This document shows, piece after piece, positions 30,414 through 47,444 of a stretch of 64,000 nt of DNA (its first letter is position 1; the number at the start of each line of letters is the position of its first letter). The notes under the pieces are model-generated. The model was not told the origin of the DNA. It ran no database searches and was given only the letters and a program-made list of their open reading frames with translations. Made by a program: the position numbers and the translations under genes. The DNA lies in assembly GCA_051294375.1 (NCBI GenBank), contig CM119270.1, forward strand, positions 13,292,843 to 13,356,842. Reading direction: 5' to 3'. Source of the DNA: Paraspadella gotoi. Its lineage: Eukaryota; Animalia; Chaetognatha.

Positions 30414-32033
30414 ATGGATGGATGGATGAATGGATGGATGGAAGGACAAATGATCGAATGATGGACGGATTATCCGTTGGAAGGATTGCCGGATAGATAG
30501 ATGGATGGATGGATGAAGTGATGAATGAATGAATGGAGTTGGATGGATGGATTGATCATTCTATGTATGAATGAATGCATTGATGGAATTATGGACGGAT
30601 AGATGGATTAATTGTAAAACCAATGATTGGATGAGTGAATCAATCGACGAATGAAGAAATAAAATGAATGCCTCTGACAGAAAAGAATGTCTGGCGCAGG
30701 ATTAATAGATTGGGCCTTCGAATGAACGAACGAATCGACGACGTGTTGTGATGAATGGATGTCGGGGGTCGAACTCTTTAAATTCATAATCGGCGAATCG
30801 GCTCGCGTCCCCGCCCTCTAGCGGCCAAAGGGCGACGATTCGTCTCTTCGTCATTCCTCGATTCATCGCCATCGAAACGGATCGAGAATGAGTAAGGGAT
30901 GGTTTCACTTTGGTTACCGTTTAGTATTGTGAATTATGTAAAAGCGTTAGTGGGTTTTAAAGGTTTTAACGAATGTCGCCATTTGATCGCAACGTTGAGA
31001 AAATTGATGAAGACGGACGAGGAATCCAAAGCGCCATCTTTTTTGTTACGCGAATAACAACAAAATAACCAGAAGGGAAGAGAAAAAGAAAAATGAATTC
31101 TGAAAATATCTCCGTCGTTACGGGAAATTTGATCCGCGATCGAAAAAAAACCTTAATGGGTTCAAAGAAAATCGCGCCATCGAGATCGCGCGCTGCTCCG
31201 GTAAAGCTCGCGTTCGCATGGGGGGAGGTAGGATCGTGGTCTCCGGACTTACAATCTTCTCTCGAAGGAATTTCACGCGAGCCATTACGTGAAAATCGAG
31301 GGTGAGGACTCACGAGAGACCACGAAAAGTAAAATGGTGAGTAAACGGGGGGAAAAAGTTTGCAGGTCGAACTCGAGTCGATCTTGATGAACTTTTCAGC
31401 TCGAGAAAAAAAAAACCAATGGGAGCCGCTTAAGGGGACCAAGTGAACAGGGGGGGTAAAAAGCTGATAACATAACGTTTGACCCTTTAACTTAAGCTGG
31501 TTCTGATCATATAATTTTTTCTTCTATAATCATTTGGGAAAGTAGTTAAAAAATTCGATAAAATCAGCGAGCTTAATTTTCTTTAAAAAATCGGTAAGAA
31601 GAAAATCTTTTTCAAGTTTAAAAATTTTTTTCCCAAAAAAGAGTAATATCTAATTTTAAAAAGGTTTTCAGCTTTTATTACAAAAATTTATAAGAAAAAA
31701 AACTAGGAATGAATCAAAATTTAAGGTATCGACTGATTTTATTTAAACTTTCTTTTTAAATGATTCTGTTAATTGGATAAAAATAAAACTCTTTGAAGTA
31801 ATATAAATATAAAAAAAAGAAAAAGATTCTATACTTTTGTTAAATTTTTAGTTATTATAATTAGGAATCAATATAGCTTAATAATACATTTAAGGGATGA
31901 ATATGAATATTAATTAATAATTATTATAATTTTGTTTCTGTAAGAATAGAATTTAGGTTTGATTTGTGTGCTTTTAAGTAAATATGAAAATATAAAGATA
32001 TTAGTCTTGTAAAGCCTTTGTTCAATGAGGCTT
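30414..32033 (-). repeat. Inverted duplicate of ~24478-27480 lacking 25372-26752
   Basis: Colinear reverse-complement match; 31141-31163 reads GAACCCATTAAGGTTTTTTTTCG on the minus strand, joining 25371 directly to 26753. Confidence 0.93.
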
Positions 32034-33009
32034 NNNNNNNNNNNNNNNNNNNNNNNNNGTCTCCCCTTTACCCATCCCCTTTCCCAACTCCCCCCCCAAA
32101 TGCGCTTCCCCAGGCCGCTAAAAAGTCCTTAAGGGACCCAGTGATAAAATGATATCATAAGCTTAAGGGTCTAATCATCAAAAGGAATTTGAATGGTGAT
32201 AGTCATTAATTTTTCTTTGCATGGGAAAGTGGCAAAAAAATTTTATCTCTTATTGTAGCGGAAACAAAAATTTAATAATTATAAAAAAAATTTAGTTGAC
32301 CCTACCTAAATATTTATATATCCATTATTTTTATTTTGTATTAGAAAATATTTTTTACTAAATTCCAATTTTTATTTGTTACTGTACAAAGCTACAATTT
32401 TAGGTTTAAGCCTATTGAACAAAGGCTTACAAGATAATATTTTTATATTTTTATATTTACTTAAAAGCAGACAAATCAAACCTAAATTCTATTCTTACAG
32501 AAACAAAACTGTAATAATTATTAATTAATATTATATTATTCATCCTTAAATGTATTATTAAACTTTATTGATTCTTAATTATAACAATTTAAAAATTTAG
32601 CAAAAGTACAGAATCTTTCTCTTTTTTTATATTTATATTACTTCAAAAAGTTTTATTTCCTCCAAATTAACAGAATCATTTGAAAGAAAGTTTAAATAAA
32701 ATCAGTCATACCTTTAAATTTTTGATTCATTCCTAGTTTTTTTCTTATAAATTTTTTTAGATAAAAAAGCTGAAAACTTTTTAAAAATTAGATATTATCT
32801 TTTTTGGGAAAAAAATTTTTAAACTTGAAAAAGATTTTCTTCTACCGATTTTTTAAAGAAAATTAAGCTCGCTGATTTTTATCGAAATTTTTTAACTACT
32901 TTCCAAATGATATAGAAAAAAAAATATATGATCAGAAACGCAGCTTAGTTAAAGGGTCAAACGTTATGGTTACACTTTTTTACGCCCCCTGTTCACTTGG
33001 TCCCCTTAA

Positions 33010-33130
33010 GGGGAGGAGCACAAGTTTTGGCTTATTATTCATTAGTTAGAGCTTAATTTTCTACTTATAACCGTACGAAAACCGCAGCCCTCTATCTTTT
33101 CTGAAACCGGAGATATAGAGGTTTACCAAT
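33010..33130 (+). mobile_element. Possible left end of a second TTAA-specific element abutting the first MITE
   Basis: After GGTCCCC|TTAA this copy continues GGGGAGGAGCACAAG, whereas the copies at 25078 and ~31429 continue GCGGCTCCC. The other terminus was not seen. Confidence 0.45.
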
Positions 33131-34402
33131 AAAATTTTCTTTGAAAAAATTCCTTGGCGCCACTGATTGTCGCGAGTCATTCATTTTTGGTTACAATATT
33201 TTTTTCCTTCTTCCTGAATATCTTTGCGTCCCAGGCATCCCTTTTTTTAAAATTCCTACATCTTCATAGAAAAAAGTACAAAGATTATGAAATGACCAAA
33301 TCTTAGGTGAACGCAAAAAAAAAATATAAAAAAAATTATTTTCGCCAAAAGCGATGCTAAGGGACCTGGGAAATCGCCTAAATTATCTAATGAACAAGTC
33401 GCGCTATTTTTATCTTTCTTTGTTTCTTTTATCTGAATTTTTTCGTTTCAAAAACTTTTTATTTGATTTTCCGAAAACTTTTTTCAGCAGTAAGTGATAT
33501 TTTTTTTGTCTTTGAATTTCAAGAAGGTTTTTTTATTTTTTATTCTACTGCCCCACTAAACAAGAAAGCATAATGGAAAGCGATCGCTTACGCCATGCGA
33601 TACTTCAGAAACAACAAAGGAAAGTTGCCGTAAAAATCAATTTACCTGTCTTAATCCTACTTTTCGTCAAGAAATTTTACAATTTGATAAAAAAAATGAA
33701 ATTGGCGAAAGCAAGCGTTTGGAGAGAATAATAACAAAACATGCAATGAGGAAAGTGAATCAACCATAGCAGGTAATAACCAAACGAACAGAATAATAAA
33801 TAAGACCATTGTAAAAAATTCCGCCCTTTGTTAATTGTAAATCATCGAAGCCCTTCTTGCCGTATGACTGATCATGCGATGATCAATATCTCTCTCTCGC
33901 TCTATCTCTCTCTCTCTGAGATCTGGCTGGGATGACTCAGTGTCAGGATCTGGGATTGTCAAACGACGACGATTAATTTGAACGATAAATTAATTAGTTT
34001 TGGTTTTGGTTATAGTTCAAGGTTAGATTAGGGAATAGTATTAGGGTAGGAATTAGTCGTGTTTTTCCAAAAGCTATTTTTGCAATAAAAAATCCTGCTT
34101 GCTGGGTGACTCAGCAAGAGAAAGAATTAAGCCTCCGACAGGGCATCGGATCGACGGAAACGACGACGATAATTTTGAACGATTGGGGGAAGCTATGCGA
34201 CATGAGAGCGGACAATTGAAGCAGCAAAAGAGACGAGTTTTTGTTTTGTTTGAGTCCGCTGCTTCAGGAAGCTGCAGCAGGGCGGCTTCGATTGAAAAAA
34301 AAATCGCTTTAGGCGATTTACTTTACCCTTGAATTTGGTCATTTTTTCCATTTTCTATCAATTTTTCTTCTCTTACTAGGAGCTTTTATTCATTTTTTTA
34401 AC

Positions 34403-34710
34403 AGCAAGTTGAAAAAAGTATGCAAGTTGAAAAAAGTATGCAAGTTGAAAAAAATTATGCAAGTTGGAAAAAATTATGCAAGTTGAAAAAATTATGCAAG
34501 TTGAAAAATTATGCCAAGTTGAAATAAAATTATTGGCAAGTTGAAAAATGATCAAGTTGAAAAATGATACAAGTTGAAAAAATGATGCAAGTTGAAAAAA
34601 TGATGCAAGTTGAAAAAATGATTGCAAAGTTGAAAAAAAATGATGCAATGTTGAAAAAATGATGCAAGTTGAAAAAATGATGCAAGTGAAAAATGATGCA
34701 AGTTGAAAAA
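34403..34710. repeat. ~18-bp minisatellite (TGCAAGTTGAAAAAATGA) x ~17; copy at 42637-42944
   Basis: Head-to-tail units without unique spacers. Confidence 0.95.
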
Positions 34711-35071
34711 ATATGAAGTAAAAAAATACAAATTTAAAAAATATAGTAAAAATTTGATTACAAATAAAAAAAATATTTTAGTGCTACAGTAACTGTTTAA
34801 TTTAACCCTTGAAAGCGATTTACATGTGTGGCTGCAGCCACTGGTAATTATTTGATCACAATCTTGATTTTTGGCAACGAAATATGATGAATGCATCGAC
34901 GACAATGATTAACAACGTTACTGAATGATTAATTAATTGATTAATTGATGATTTAGCAGATACGGCTATAAAAGATTCCGAGTTTCACCTCCATCCCGCC
35001 CTTCAAAAAAAGGGTTCCGTCAACGAGGACACAAACATCAGATTTCCTTGTTGATATCGTCTTCGTCTTTT

Positions 35072-37172
<2,101 letters not shown>

Positions 37173-37260
37173 GGAAAGCGATCTCTCTCTTTAAAGGCCA
37201 ATCGATGGGAGCGACCTTGGCTTTGGCGGAAAAAGAGAGAAAGAAAGAAAGAAATGTAAT

Positions 37261-37292
<32 letters not shown>

Positions 37293-37298
<6 letters not shown>

Positions 37299-37410
37299 AT
37301 TGTCATAGTACATGTTTCGACTCTGTTGATTCGAGTCTTCATCAGCTTTGAAAAACATTATCAAAATGCTCTACACATTAAGTTAGAGAGAGAGAGAGAA
37401 GTAGATGAGA

Positions 37411-37509
<99 letters not shown>

Positions 37510-37613
37510 AGGGAGAGTTTCCAACAAAGGGCTGAGTTAAGGACAGTGGCCAGATGAGAGGACAGGTGAAGGTAAGAACAAAGAAGAAGATAATTTTGAA
37601 ATGGTGAAGAAGT

Positions 37614-37651
<38 letters not shown>

Positions 37652-37930
37652 ATTACATTTCTTTCTTTCTTTCTCTCTTTTTCCGCCAAAGCCAAGGTCG
37701 CTCCCATCGATTGGCCTTTCGCCTTCTCCTCTTTCCTCTTCCGCTTCTCCTCCCTCTCACCCATTCTGACCAGTCCTCCGCCCCCCCCCCCGCCCCCCCC
37801 CTCCTCAGCGCCAATCTCAATTGCGTCTTGCACAAGAGTCAGCGATGCGCTCGTCTACATCCGGGGACTCGATTCTGCCGCCGACGGACCATGTCATCTC
37901 CGAAGCGTGAGATCGTCACACCGGCTCATC

Positions 37931-38011
<81 letters not shown>

Positions 38012-40234
38012 CTCTCTCTCTCTCTCACTGACTTCCCCTTCCCAAAATTGAATTATTAGATAAATAAAACATTTTTAAAAAAGAAAGCAATATATATTGT
38101 TTAAATAATATAGATTAAATACTAAATCCTTCATAAAATATAAAATAGAAAATATGTGAAACAAGTAATTTGCAAATTTTCATACAAAGAACCGGATGGA
38201 GGCCATTTAAAAAAAAAACAAACCCGGATGTGGTTAATTTTAAAAAAAAAATAAAACCGGATATCTGAAATTTTTAAGAAAAACCCGGATGCAATCAATT
38301 ACACTGACGAGTTCGTCGCTTCAGTCGCTCCGACGTCAAAAAAATCTCTCTCCCTCGCCTCCCCCCCCCCAAACGAGGAAAGGATTCGAAAACTGTCAGT
38401 TCATAAGAGCCGATATCTCCTCCTCCTCTTCATCCTCCTCCTCCTCCTCCTCCCTCCTAATATCCTTCCACGGAGGGAGAAGTCTTTCGGACCCAAGTCG
38501 AGACAGAGCGGTCATTGACTTACCCCGCAGTGGAGCGATTCGTTGGGTTGGGAAATAAACTATGGACCGAAAGATGATTTTAGTGCCGTTTTAGAGAGAG
38601 AGAGAGAGAGAGAGATAGATAGAGAGATAGAGAGAGAGAGAGATTTGATTTATTTTGATTTGATTTATTATGCTCAAAATGTGAAAGTTTAACACAGTAA
38701 CAATGCGATTGTTAATGAGCTGTACATAACTACATATATTAAATATGTATTAGATATGTGGGATTTGATCCCGGTTTTCTTCGCTTTCCAAGTTGACGGA
38801 GTTGGGCAAATCGCCAAATAATATTACCTTAAACTAATATACAATTTAACAATAAACAATTTATTGAATCACTGTAATTAAATATAGATATTCCCTTTGC
38901 ATTAATTATTATAGCATGTCATATTGATTATGTTGAACAAGAGAACATTATAACCTTATATTTTAATAGGGTACACTAGTAGTATAATAGTTCTCATTTC
39001 TGTTATATCATTTAGTTCTTAGTTCTTTCTGGTAAAGAATTTGTTATCAACACTTACTGTCCATCACTACAGTTTGAATACTTATTCTAATTGTTAAGCT
39101 TCATTGATTTTATGTATTCCTTATTGATTTGTTAGTATTATTTCCTTTTGCTTGTTTGTGCATATAGATACTCTATGGAATTCTATGGAATATCTATATG
39201 CTTTGATTATTTTATTAAGTCGATTTTATAAATGAACAAATAAATGATTTTGTTCTGGAAAAACATTTTTATCTTTTGAACGAACTAGTGAGGCGCAGAC
39301 GCACGTGGTGGTCGTTCACCACAGATATAACTCATTATTTAAAGAAATGTTAAATAAATTCGCAAAAAAATAAAGGTGACTAACTATATACATAGTTTAA
39401 AATTTTAGTGTTAACACATAGATCCCGTTTTCTTTTTTAACATTCCACACTCTCTCTATACGAATGATTTGAGAGAGAGGAGAGGGAGAGAGAGATGAGA
39501 GAGAGAGAGAGAGAGAGAGAGAAGATAGACGAGAGAGAGCAGAACGAGAGAGGAGAGAGTTAAAGAAAGAGATAAAGAAAGAGATAAGAAAGTTACTTCC
39601 GGCGTCCCTAGATCCAGACCACGCCCACAATCGACCGCTCACGCTTCTTCACATCCGACCTTCACTTTCCGGGTCTCGAAATCCACGCCAACGCGCCATT
39701 TCTCGCTGCCACGCGCGCCGCCAAAAAAGGGAAAAACAACAAGACACACAACAAACGAACCGCTGCCGCGCCATTTCTTTCTTTTTTTTCTTTTCGTTCA
39801 AAAAAAGAGAGAAAACTTTTTCGCGTCAAACGTCCCAAAGACGCGCGGGTCGCATTGGCGGCCCCAGCAAGCGGGCGCCGTCGGGATGGTGGCAGCGGCG
39901 CCGTCGGGGTGGCAGCGGCGGCCGGCGAACGAAGCGAATCGTTGAGCGACTGGCATCGCGTCTGAGCTGTCAAGATGAATCTAGTATTTCCGCCCCGCGT
40001 ACGCGCGCGTAAGTATCCTTGGCAAGCGTCCGCCCTCGTTCGGACGCCTCCGCTCAGAAGTACGTACCGAAAAGAAACGGACGTATGAGAGAGTCGTACC
40101 AGTTTTCTAAGTTTGGAGTGCGAAAAATGTAAGGGACGATTGTCTTTTTCTGGTATTTCTTTGGTTCCATTTAGCGCTCGCTCCAGCGTTAAACCCTCGG
40201 GCGCTTGTCTCTTCTTTCCAATCACAATACTCTC

Positions 40235-40266
<32 letters not shown>

Positions 40267-41243
40267 GTCTCCCTTCTACCCATCCCCTTTTCCCCAACTC
40301 CCCCCCCCAAATGCGGCTTCCCCAGGCCGCTAAAAAGTCCTTAAGGGGACCCAGTGATAAAAATGATATCATAAGCTTAAGGGATCTAATCATCAAGAAT
40401 ATTGAATGGTGATAGTCGAGTTAATTTTTCTTTGCATGGGAAAAGTGGCAAAAAAAATTATTATCTCTTATTGTAGCGGAAACAAAAATTTAATAATTAT
40501 GAAAAAAAATTTAGTTGACCCTACCCTAAATTATTTATATAATCCATTATTTTATTTTGTATTAGAAAATATTTTTTACTAAATTCCAATTTTTATTTGT
40601 TACTGTACAAAGCTACCAATTTTAGGTTTAAGCCTCATTGAACAAAGGCTTTACAAGACTAATATTTTTATATTTTTATATTTACTTAAAGCAGACCAAA
40701 TCAAACCTAAATTCTATTCTTACAGAACAAAACTGTAATAATTATTAATTAATATTTATATTATTCATCCTTAAATGTATTATTAAACTTTATTGATTCT
40801 TAATTTATAACAATTAAAATTTAGCAAAAGTACAGAATCTTTCTCTTTTTTTATATTTATATTACTTCAAAAAGTTTTATTTTCCTCCAATTAACAGAAA
40901 TCATTTGAAAAGAAAGTTTAAATAAAATCAGTCGATACCTTAAATTTTTGATTCATTCCTAGTTTTTTTCTTATAAATTTTTGTTAACTAAAAAAGCTGA
41001 AAACCTTTTTAAAAATTAGATATTACTCTTTTTTGGGAAAAAAATTTTTAAACTTGAAAAAGATTTTCTTTCTTACCGATTTTTTAAAGAAAATTAAGCT
41101 CGCTGATTTTATCGAAATTTTTTAACTACTTTCCCAAATGATTATAGAAGAAAAAAATATATGATCAGAACCAGCCTAAGTTAAAGGGTCAAACGTTAAT
41201 TGTTATCAGCTTTTTACCCCCCCTGTTCACTTGGTCCCCTTAA
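37293..41243 (+). repeat. Direct duplicate of 21213-25077 (32059-33009 also duplicates ~24128-25077)
   Basis: ATTTTTATTGTCATAGTACATGTTTCG at 21213 and 37293; MQSITLTSSSLQSLRRQ appears in ORFs 22122 and 38289. Confidence 0.95.
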
Positions 41244-43306
41244 GGGGAGGAGCACAAGTTTTGGCTTATTATTCATTAGTTAGAGCTTAATTTTCTACTT
41301 ATAACCGTACGAAAACCGCAGCCCTCTATCTTTTCTGAAACCGGAGATATAGAGGTTTACCAATAAAATTTTCTTTGAAAAAATTCCTTGGCGCCACTGA
41401 TTGTCGCGAGTCATTCATTTTTGGTTACAATATTTTTTTCCTTCTTCCTGAATATCTTTGCGTCCCAGGCATCCCTTTTTTTAAAATTCCTACATCTTCA
41501 TAGAAAAAAGTACAAAGATTATGAAATGACCAAATCTTAGGTGAACGCAAAAAAAAAATATAAAAAAAATTATTTTCGCCAAAAGCGATGCTAAGGGACC
41601 TGGGAAATCGCCTAAATTATCTAATGAACAAGTCGCGCTATTTTTATCTTTCTTTGTTTCTTTTATCTGAATTTTTTCGTTTCAAAAACTTTTTATTTGA
41701 TTTTCCGAAAACTTTTTTCAGCAGTAAGTGATATTTTTTTTGTCTTTGAATTTCAAGAAGGTTTTTTTATTTTTTATTCTACTGCCCCACTAAACAAGAA
41801 AGCATAATGGAAAGCGATCGCTTACGCCATGCGATACTTCAGAAACAACAAAGGAAAGTTGCCGTAAAAATCAATTTACCTGTCTTAATCCTACTTTTCG
41901 TCAAGAAATTTTACAATTTGATAAAAAAAATGAAATTGGCGAAAGCAAGCGTTTGGAGAGAATAATAACAAAACATGCAATGAGGAAAGTGAATCAACCA
42001 TAGCAGGTAATAACCAAACGAACAGAATAATAAATAAGACCATTGTAAAAAATTCCGCCCTTTGTTAATTGTAAATCATCGAAGCCCTTCTTGCCGTATG
42101 ACTGATCATGCGATGATCAATATCTCTCTCTCGCTCTATCTCTCTCTCTCTGAGATCTGGCTGGGATGACTCAGTGTCAGGATCTGGGATTGTCAAACGA
42201 CGACGATTAATTTGAACGATAAATTAATTAGTTTTGGTTTTGGTTATAGTTCAAGGTTAGATTAGGGAATAGTATTAGGGTAGGAATTAGTCGTGTTTTT
42301 CCAAAAGCTATTTTTGCAATAAAAAATCCTGCTTGCTGGGTGACTCAGCAAGAGAAAGAATTAAGCCTCCGACAGGGCATCGGATCGACGGAAACGACGA
42401 CGATAATTTTGAACGATTGGGGGAAGCTATGCGACATGAGAGCGGACAATTGAAGCAGCAAAAGAGACGAGTTTTTGTTTTGTTTGAGTCCGCTGCTTCA
42501 GGAAGCTGCAGCAGGGCGGCTTCGATTGAAAAAAAAATCGCTTTAGGCGATTTACTTTACCCTTGAATTTGGTCATTTTTTCCATTTTCTATCAATTTTT
42601 CTTCTCTTACTAGGAGCTTTTATTCATTTTTTTAACAGCAAGTTGAAAAAAGTATGCAAGTTGAAAAAAGTATGCAAGTTGAAAAAAATTATGCAAGTTG
42701 GAAAAAATTATGCAAGTTGAAAAAATTATGCAAGTTGAAAAATTATGCCAAGTTGAAATAAAATTATTGGCAAGTTGAAAAATGATCAAGTTGAAAAATG
42801 ATACAAGTTGAAAAAATGATGCAAGTTGAAAAAATGATGCAAGTTGAAAAAATGATTGCAAAGTTGAAAAAAAATGATGCAATGTTGAAAAAATGATGCA
42901 AGTTGAAAAAATGATGCAAGTGAAAAATGATGCAAGTTGAAAAAATATGAAGTAAAAAAATACAAATTTAAAAAATATAGTAAAAATTTGATTACAAATA
43001 AAAAAAATATTTTAGTGCTACAGTAACTGTTTAATTTAACCCTTGAAAGCGATTTACATGTGTGGCTGCAGCCACTGGTAATTATTTGATCACAATCTTG
43101 ATTTTTGGCAACGAAATATGATGAATGCATCGACGACAATGATTAACAACGTTACTGAATGATTAATTAATTGATTAATTGATGATTTAGCAGATACGGC
43201 TATAAAAGATTCCGAGTTTCACCTCCATCCCGCCCTTCAAAAAAAGGGTTCCGTCAACGAGGACACAAACATCAGATTTCCTTGTTGATATCGTCTTCGT
43301 CTTTTT
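41244..43306 (+). repeat. Apparently exact direct duplicate of 33010-35072
   Basis: Three ORF-track pairs are identical with a constant offset of 8234 (34099/42333, 34376/42610, 34552/42786). Confidence 0.97.
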
Positions 43307-43331
43307 NNNNNNNNNNNNNNNNNNNNNNNNN

Positions 43332-43409
43332 AAAATCGTTGTATTGGCAAACAATAAACAATTCCTAAGAAAGAAATAATAAATGAAAGAAAGAAATAAT
43401 AAATGAAAA

Positions 43410-43493
<84 letters not shown>

Positions 43494-44065
43494 ATGAAAG
43501 AAATAATAAATGAAAGAAAGAAATAATAAATGAAAGAAAGAAAGAAAGTGGCGAAAGAGAGTGACCAATCGAAAGGAGAGTGGATGCAGAAGTGCAGTTA
43601 AAGAGAAGAAGAAGAGAAAAGTGTGTTGACTGGAGTGAGGAAGAGTAACGACAGTGTTAACAGGAGTGAGGAAGAGAAGGGCGAGTGTTGACAGGAGTGG
43701 AGCAACCGAGAAAAAAAGAAAACGAGTTTTTTATGATAATTAGTCGCGAACGCAGGAAAACCTGGAAGCGGCTCCTGGTCGAGGGGAGAAAGAGGAAAGA
43801 AAAGAAAAGGGAGGAAAGGAGAAGGGGGAAGAGATGGATGGAGTGATAGATTCGAGGAGGAGGTGGTGAAAGATCGAGGATCGAGAGAAAATTAAAGAAA
43901 GAGACAGACTAATGAAAAGAGAGGAAACGGAGAAAAAAAAAAAGAAGAATATACAAGCCAAAAAAAAATAAGGTAGGAAGAAAAGGAGACAAAGTAAGAT
44001 ACGAGGCACGAGAGGAAACGACAAAGTGAGGCTAATTAGAATAAAGAGACACGACGGGAAGCTGA

Positions 44066-44102
<37 letters not shown>

Positions 44103-44241
44103 CGTCGTGGGCGGTGACGAGGACGAAAACTCCCGACGTCGACAACGATAACAACGATGACGTCTTGGGGAACAACGACACAGACTAAGACGCAGCTGAC
44201 AGAAGAGACGATGCGACGAAAACGAGGCGACGAAGAAGAAA
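43332..44241 (-). repeat. Inverted duplicate of 20349-21217
   Basis: AAAATCGTTGTATTGGCAAAC reverse-complements GTTTGCCAATACAACGATTTT (~21197); PGAASRFSCVRD appears in ORFs 20582(+) and 43740(-). Confidence 0.95.
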
Positions 44242-44362
44242 ATAAAGCGACGATGACGACGATGACGACGACGACGACGACAAAAAAGAGTCTCCACGGA
44301 ATTCCCCGGAAACGCTTCGTGTCTTTTGCGCTTAACTACCGAAAGAGAAAGGGAGAGAGAGA

Positions 44363-44415
<53 letters not shown>

Positions 44416-45948
44416 GTCGTTTTCGATATTTCCCCAGGTTTCACTTTGTTGTTGTTCTTACGAGAACCGATACCGTTTTGGTCAAATCGAGAAAATATCT
44501 GGGAAACGAATCCCAACTTACCTCTTCTTTACTGGGTAAGCAAAATCGAGACTAATATCCAAGCATATCTAAATTATCTATCATTAACGTGGAAAGCAAA
44601 ATCGAAACTCTTAAGACGCTGGTTTTTCGAATAGTATCGAAGTCACTATAATCATTTTTAGTAAATCAGAGAATCGTAATATATTCCGTCTTACTCTTAA
44701 CCGGTTTCACGTAACATTGGAAGTCCATCTGTCTGCAAATCTATCCGTCTCTTACTACGATACACATTACGTAACCTCTCGGACTTCGAATCGAAACTAA
44801 AATACTCCAGTTGTTACTATAAAATTCGCTTTAGCCACTAAAAGAAAGAAACAAACTTTGAAAGAAAAAAACCTTTCAGCGGCGGAGATGTGATCGCATT
44901 AGATCCTCGCTGTTGTACAGAAGGCGATAGATCTCTTTCTTCCCTTCTTACTCAATTAAAGAAGTGCACATCAATCCTGAGTTTATCTTCGGAAAAAAAA
45001 AAGTTGTCGGACAAAGATAGTAAAGTTGGGGGTGGGGCTCGAAAAAATGGGGGGAGGGTGGATGAAGGGAAAAAGTTGGGTAGAAAAATGAATTCAAGTT
45101 TTTTATCCTTCTAATGTTTTTTTTCCTCTTTTTTTAAATGAACTTCGCGTAACAGGTAAGTGTAATTAAAATGTTCGTTGGATTTATTTATTGATTTATT
45201 CATTTATTTCTCTTCAATTGCATTTATTGTTTTATTGATTGATCGATCAATATCTTAAATGACACAGATGATGTCGCTCTCTGTCTCACTCCTCTCTTTT
45301 TCCCTTCTCGTCTCTTTTATTTCTTTTTTTTTCGGCCACTTTTTGTCTCCGCTTCTTCTCCCTCCGTTTCTTTCTTTTTTTCCTTTTCCTCCCTTCCTTT
45401 CTTCGTTTCCCTTTCTTCCTCCTCTTTCTTCCATTCCTCTCTTCCTTCCACCCTTCCCTTTCTTCGTCCTCTTTCTTCCTCCCCCTCCCTCTCTCCTCTT
45501 CCTCTCTTCCCTTTCTTCCCTCCCTCCCCCTCCTCCCCTTTCCTTCCTCCCCTTGCCACCCTTTAATTTTTACTCCCCTTCCCTTCCTCCCTTCCCACCT
45601 CCCCTCGATTCTCGTCACAAGAAGACCGGAAATGTTTTCCTTTGCAAAAACAACTTTTCTCTCTGGTTCCTGAGGTTGAAGTTGAAAATGCCGAAATCGG
45701 AAGAAGAAGATGAGGAGGAGGAGGTGGTGGTGGTTGTGGAGTAGGATGGTGGGGGGAGTCAAAAGAACCAAACAAAATAGACAATAGAAATAAAAGAGTA
45801 GGAGCAAAAATTTGGAAAGATAAAATGTGTCGCAAAAAAAAAAAAAAAAAAAACCATATAAACAGAGATCTTTAAATAATAAAACCAAAGGTTAGAAATC
45901 AAAAGAAAATATCGGAATAAAAACAACAAATAAAACATGAATTGGACA

Positions 45949-46041
<93 letters not shown>

Positions 46042-46280
46042 TTTTTAAAAAACTTTTGTGGCGCCCAATGGCGCCCACAACGTGTCACAATATAATTTTT
46101 GATTTGTTAGCTAATCCCCATATTTAACCCCCGCACTTAAAAAACATGAAATTGATCGAACTTGAAACCTTGATATCATGAATATTGGAAAATAAGGAAG
46201 AATATTTCTTACATTTCTCGAGAACGAAAAAACGTAAAATAATTTGGTTGGGAAGAAAGAAAGAAAGAAAGAAAGAAAAA

Positions 46281-46351
<71 letters not shown>

Positions 46352-47251
46352 CGATGTTAAAGATAGCAGCGAAGAAAATTCGGAAAAGGAAAACGAATTC
46401 GAGGTCGCGATTCTTGATGTTGGTTTTCTTTCTTATTTTGGTTTTTTGTTTAAAAAAAAACACAATTGGTATCGTTTTTTTGTTGTTGTTGTTGTTGTTT
46501 CCAATTTTACGCTCCTTCAACCTCATTCATCGTCGTCGTCGTCTTTGTCGTCGTCGTGCGGAAATGTTCTTGTTTCTGCTATTGTTTTTTTTTCAAACGT
46601 TCAAAAAAAAACAAAAAACAAAAAAAAACTAGAAAAACTAAAAACAAGAAACAGTGTATTACGAAAAGTGAAATTCATCAGTTTCTGAAAAAAAACTCGA
46701 TAAAAACCACCAAATATTGATCTTTGTCGGGTGTCGGTTGTCGGGTGTTGGTTGTTGGGTGTTGGGTGTTGGTTGTTGGTTGTTGGTGGTCGTCAATGGT
46801 TTAAGGCAGATCACCATAATTGAAAAGGCAAAAATGTTAACTTTTTTTCACGGTTTGGTTTTTCGAGGAAATTTTCTTAGGAAATTCGAGAAAATTCTTC
46901 GTTAAAAATTCAGAAGAAGGCAACAAAACTAGCAAGCATCACATTGAATAAGTTTTCTTTCATTCTTCGTAAACAAATCACAACTAATCTGAGATTCTCC
47001 ATCGTTTCACGACTCGAATGCGATTCGAACCGTGATAAAAGATTTCCGCATGCGGACGACCGACCAGTGAGCGAAGATCGCGTGAGTAGAGCGTGACTAC
47101 CACGTGAGTAGAGCGTGACTAGTTCGTGACAAGAACACAACTCGCACGTGATTCACGAACCAACTCAGGCCGAACGACGATTTTAATCCTTCTCATTTTT
47201 CATTTTGAAAAAAAAAAAATGCAGGAGCTGAGTACATTCGAAAAAGAAACG

Positions 47252-47332
<81 letters not shown>

Positions 47333-47444
47333 ACAGAGAGAGAGAGAAGAGAGAGAGAAAGAAAAAAGAGAAAGAGAGAGAGAGAGAGAAAACAGGCAGA
47401 CAGACAAACAAGGCTTAGAGAGAGAGAGAGAGATGGCCATAAAA

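Noticed and set aside
33997-34057. Telomere-like GGTT/TTAGGG stretch
   Set aside because: Only two TTAGGG units in a degenerate tract; not a telomeric array.
34403-34710. CRISPR-like array
   Set aside because: Units are head-to-tail with no unique spacers, no cas genes are present and the context is eukaryotic; it is a minisatellite.
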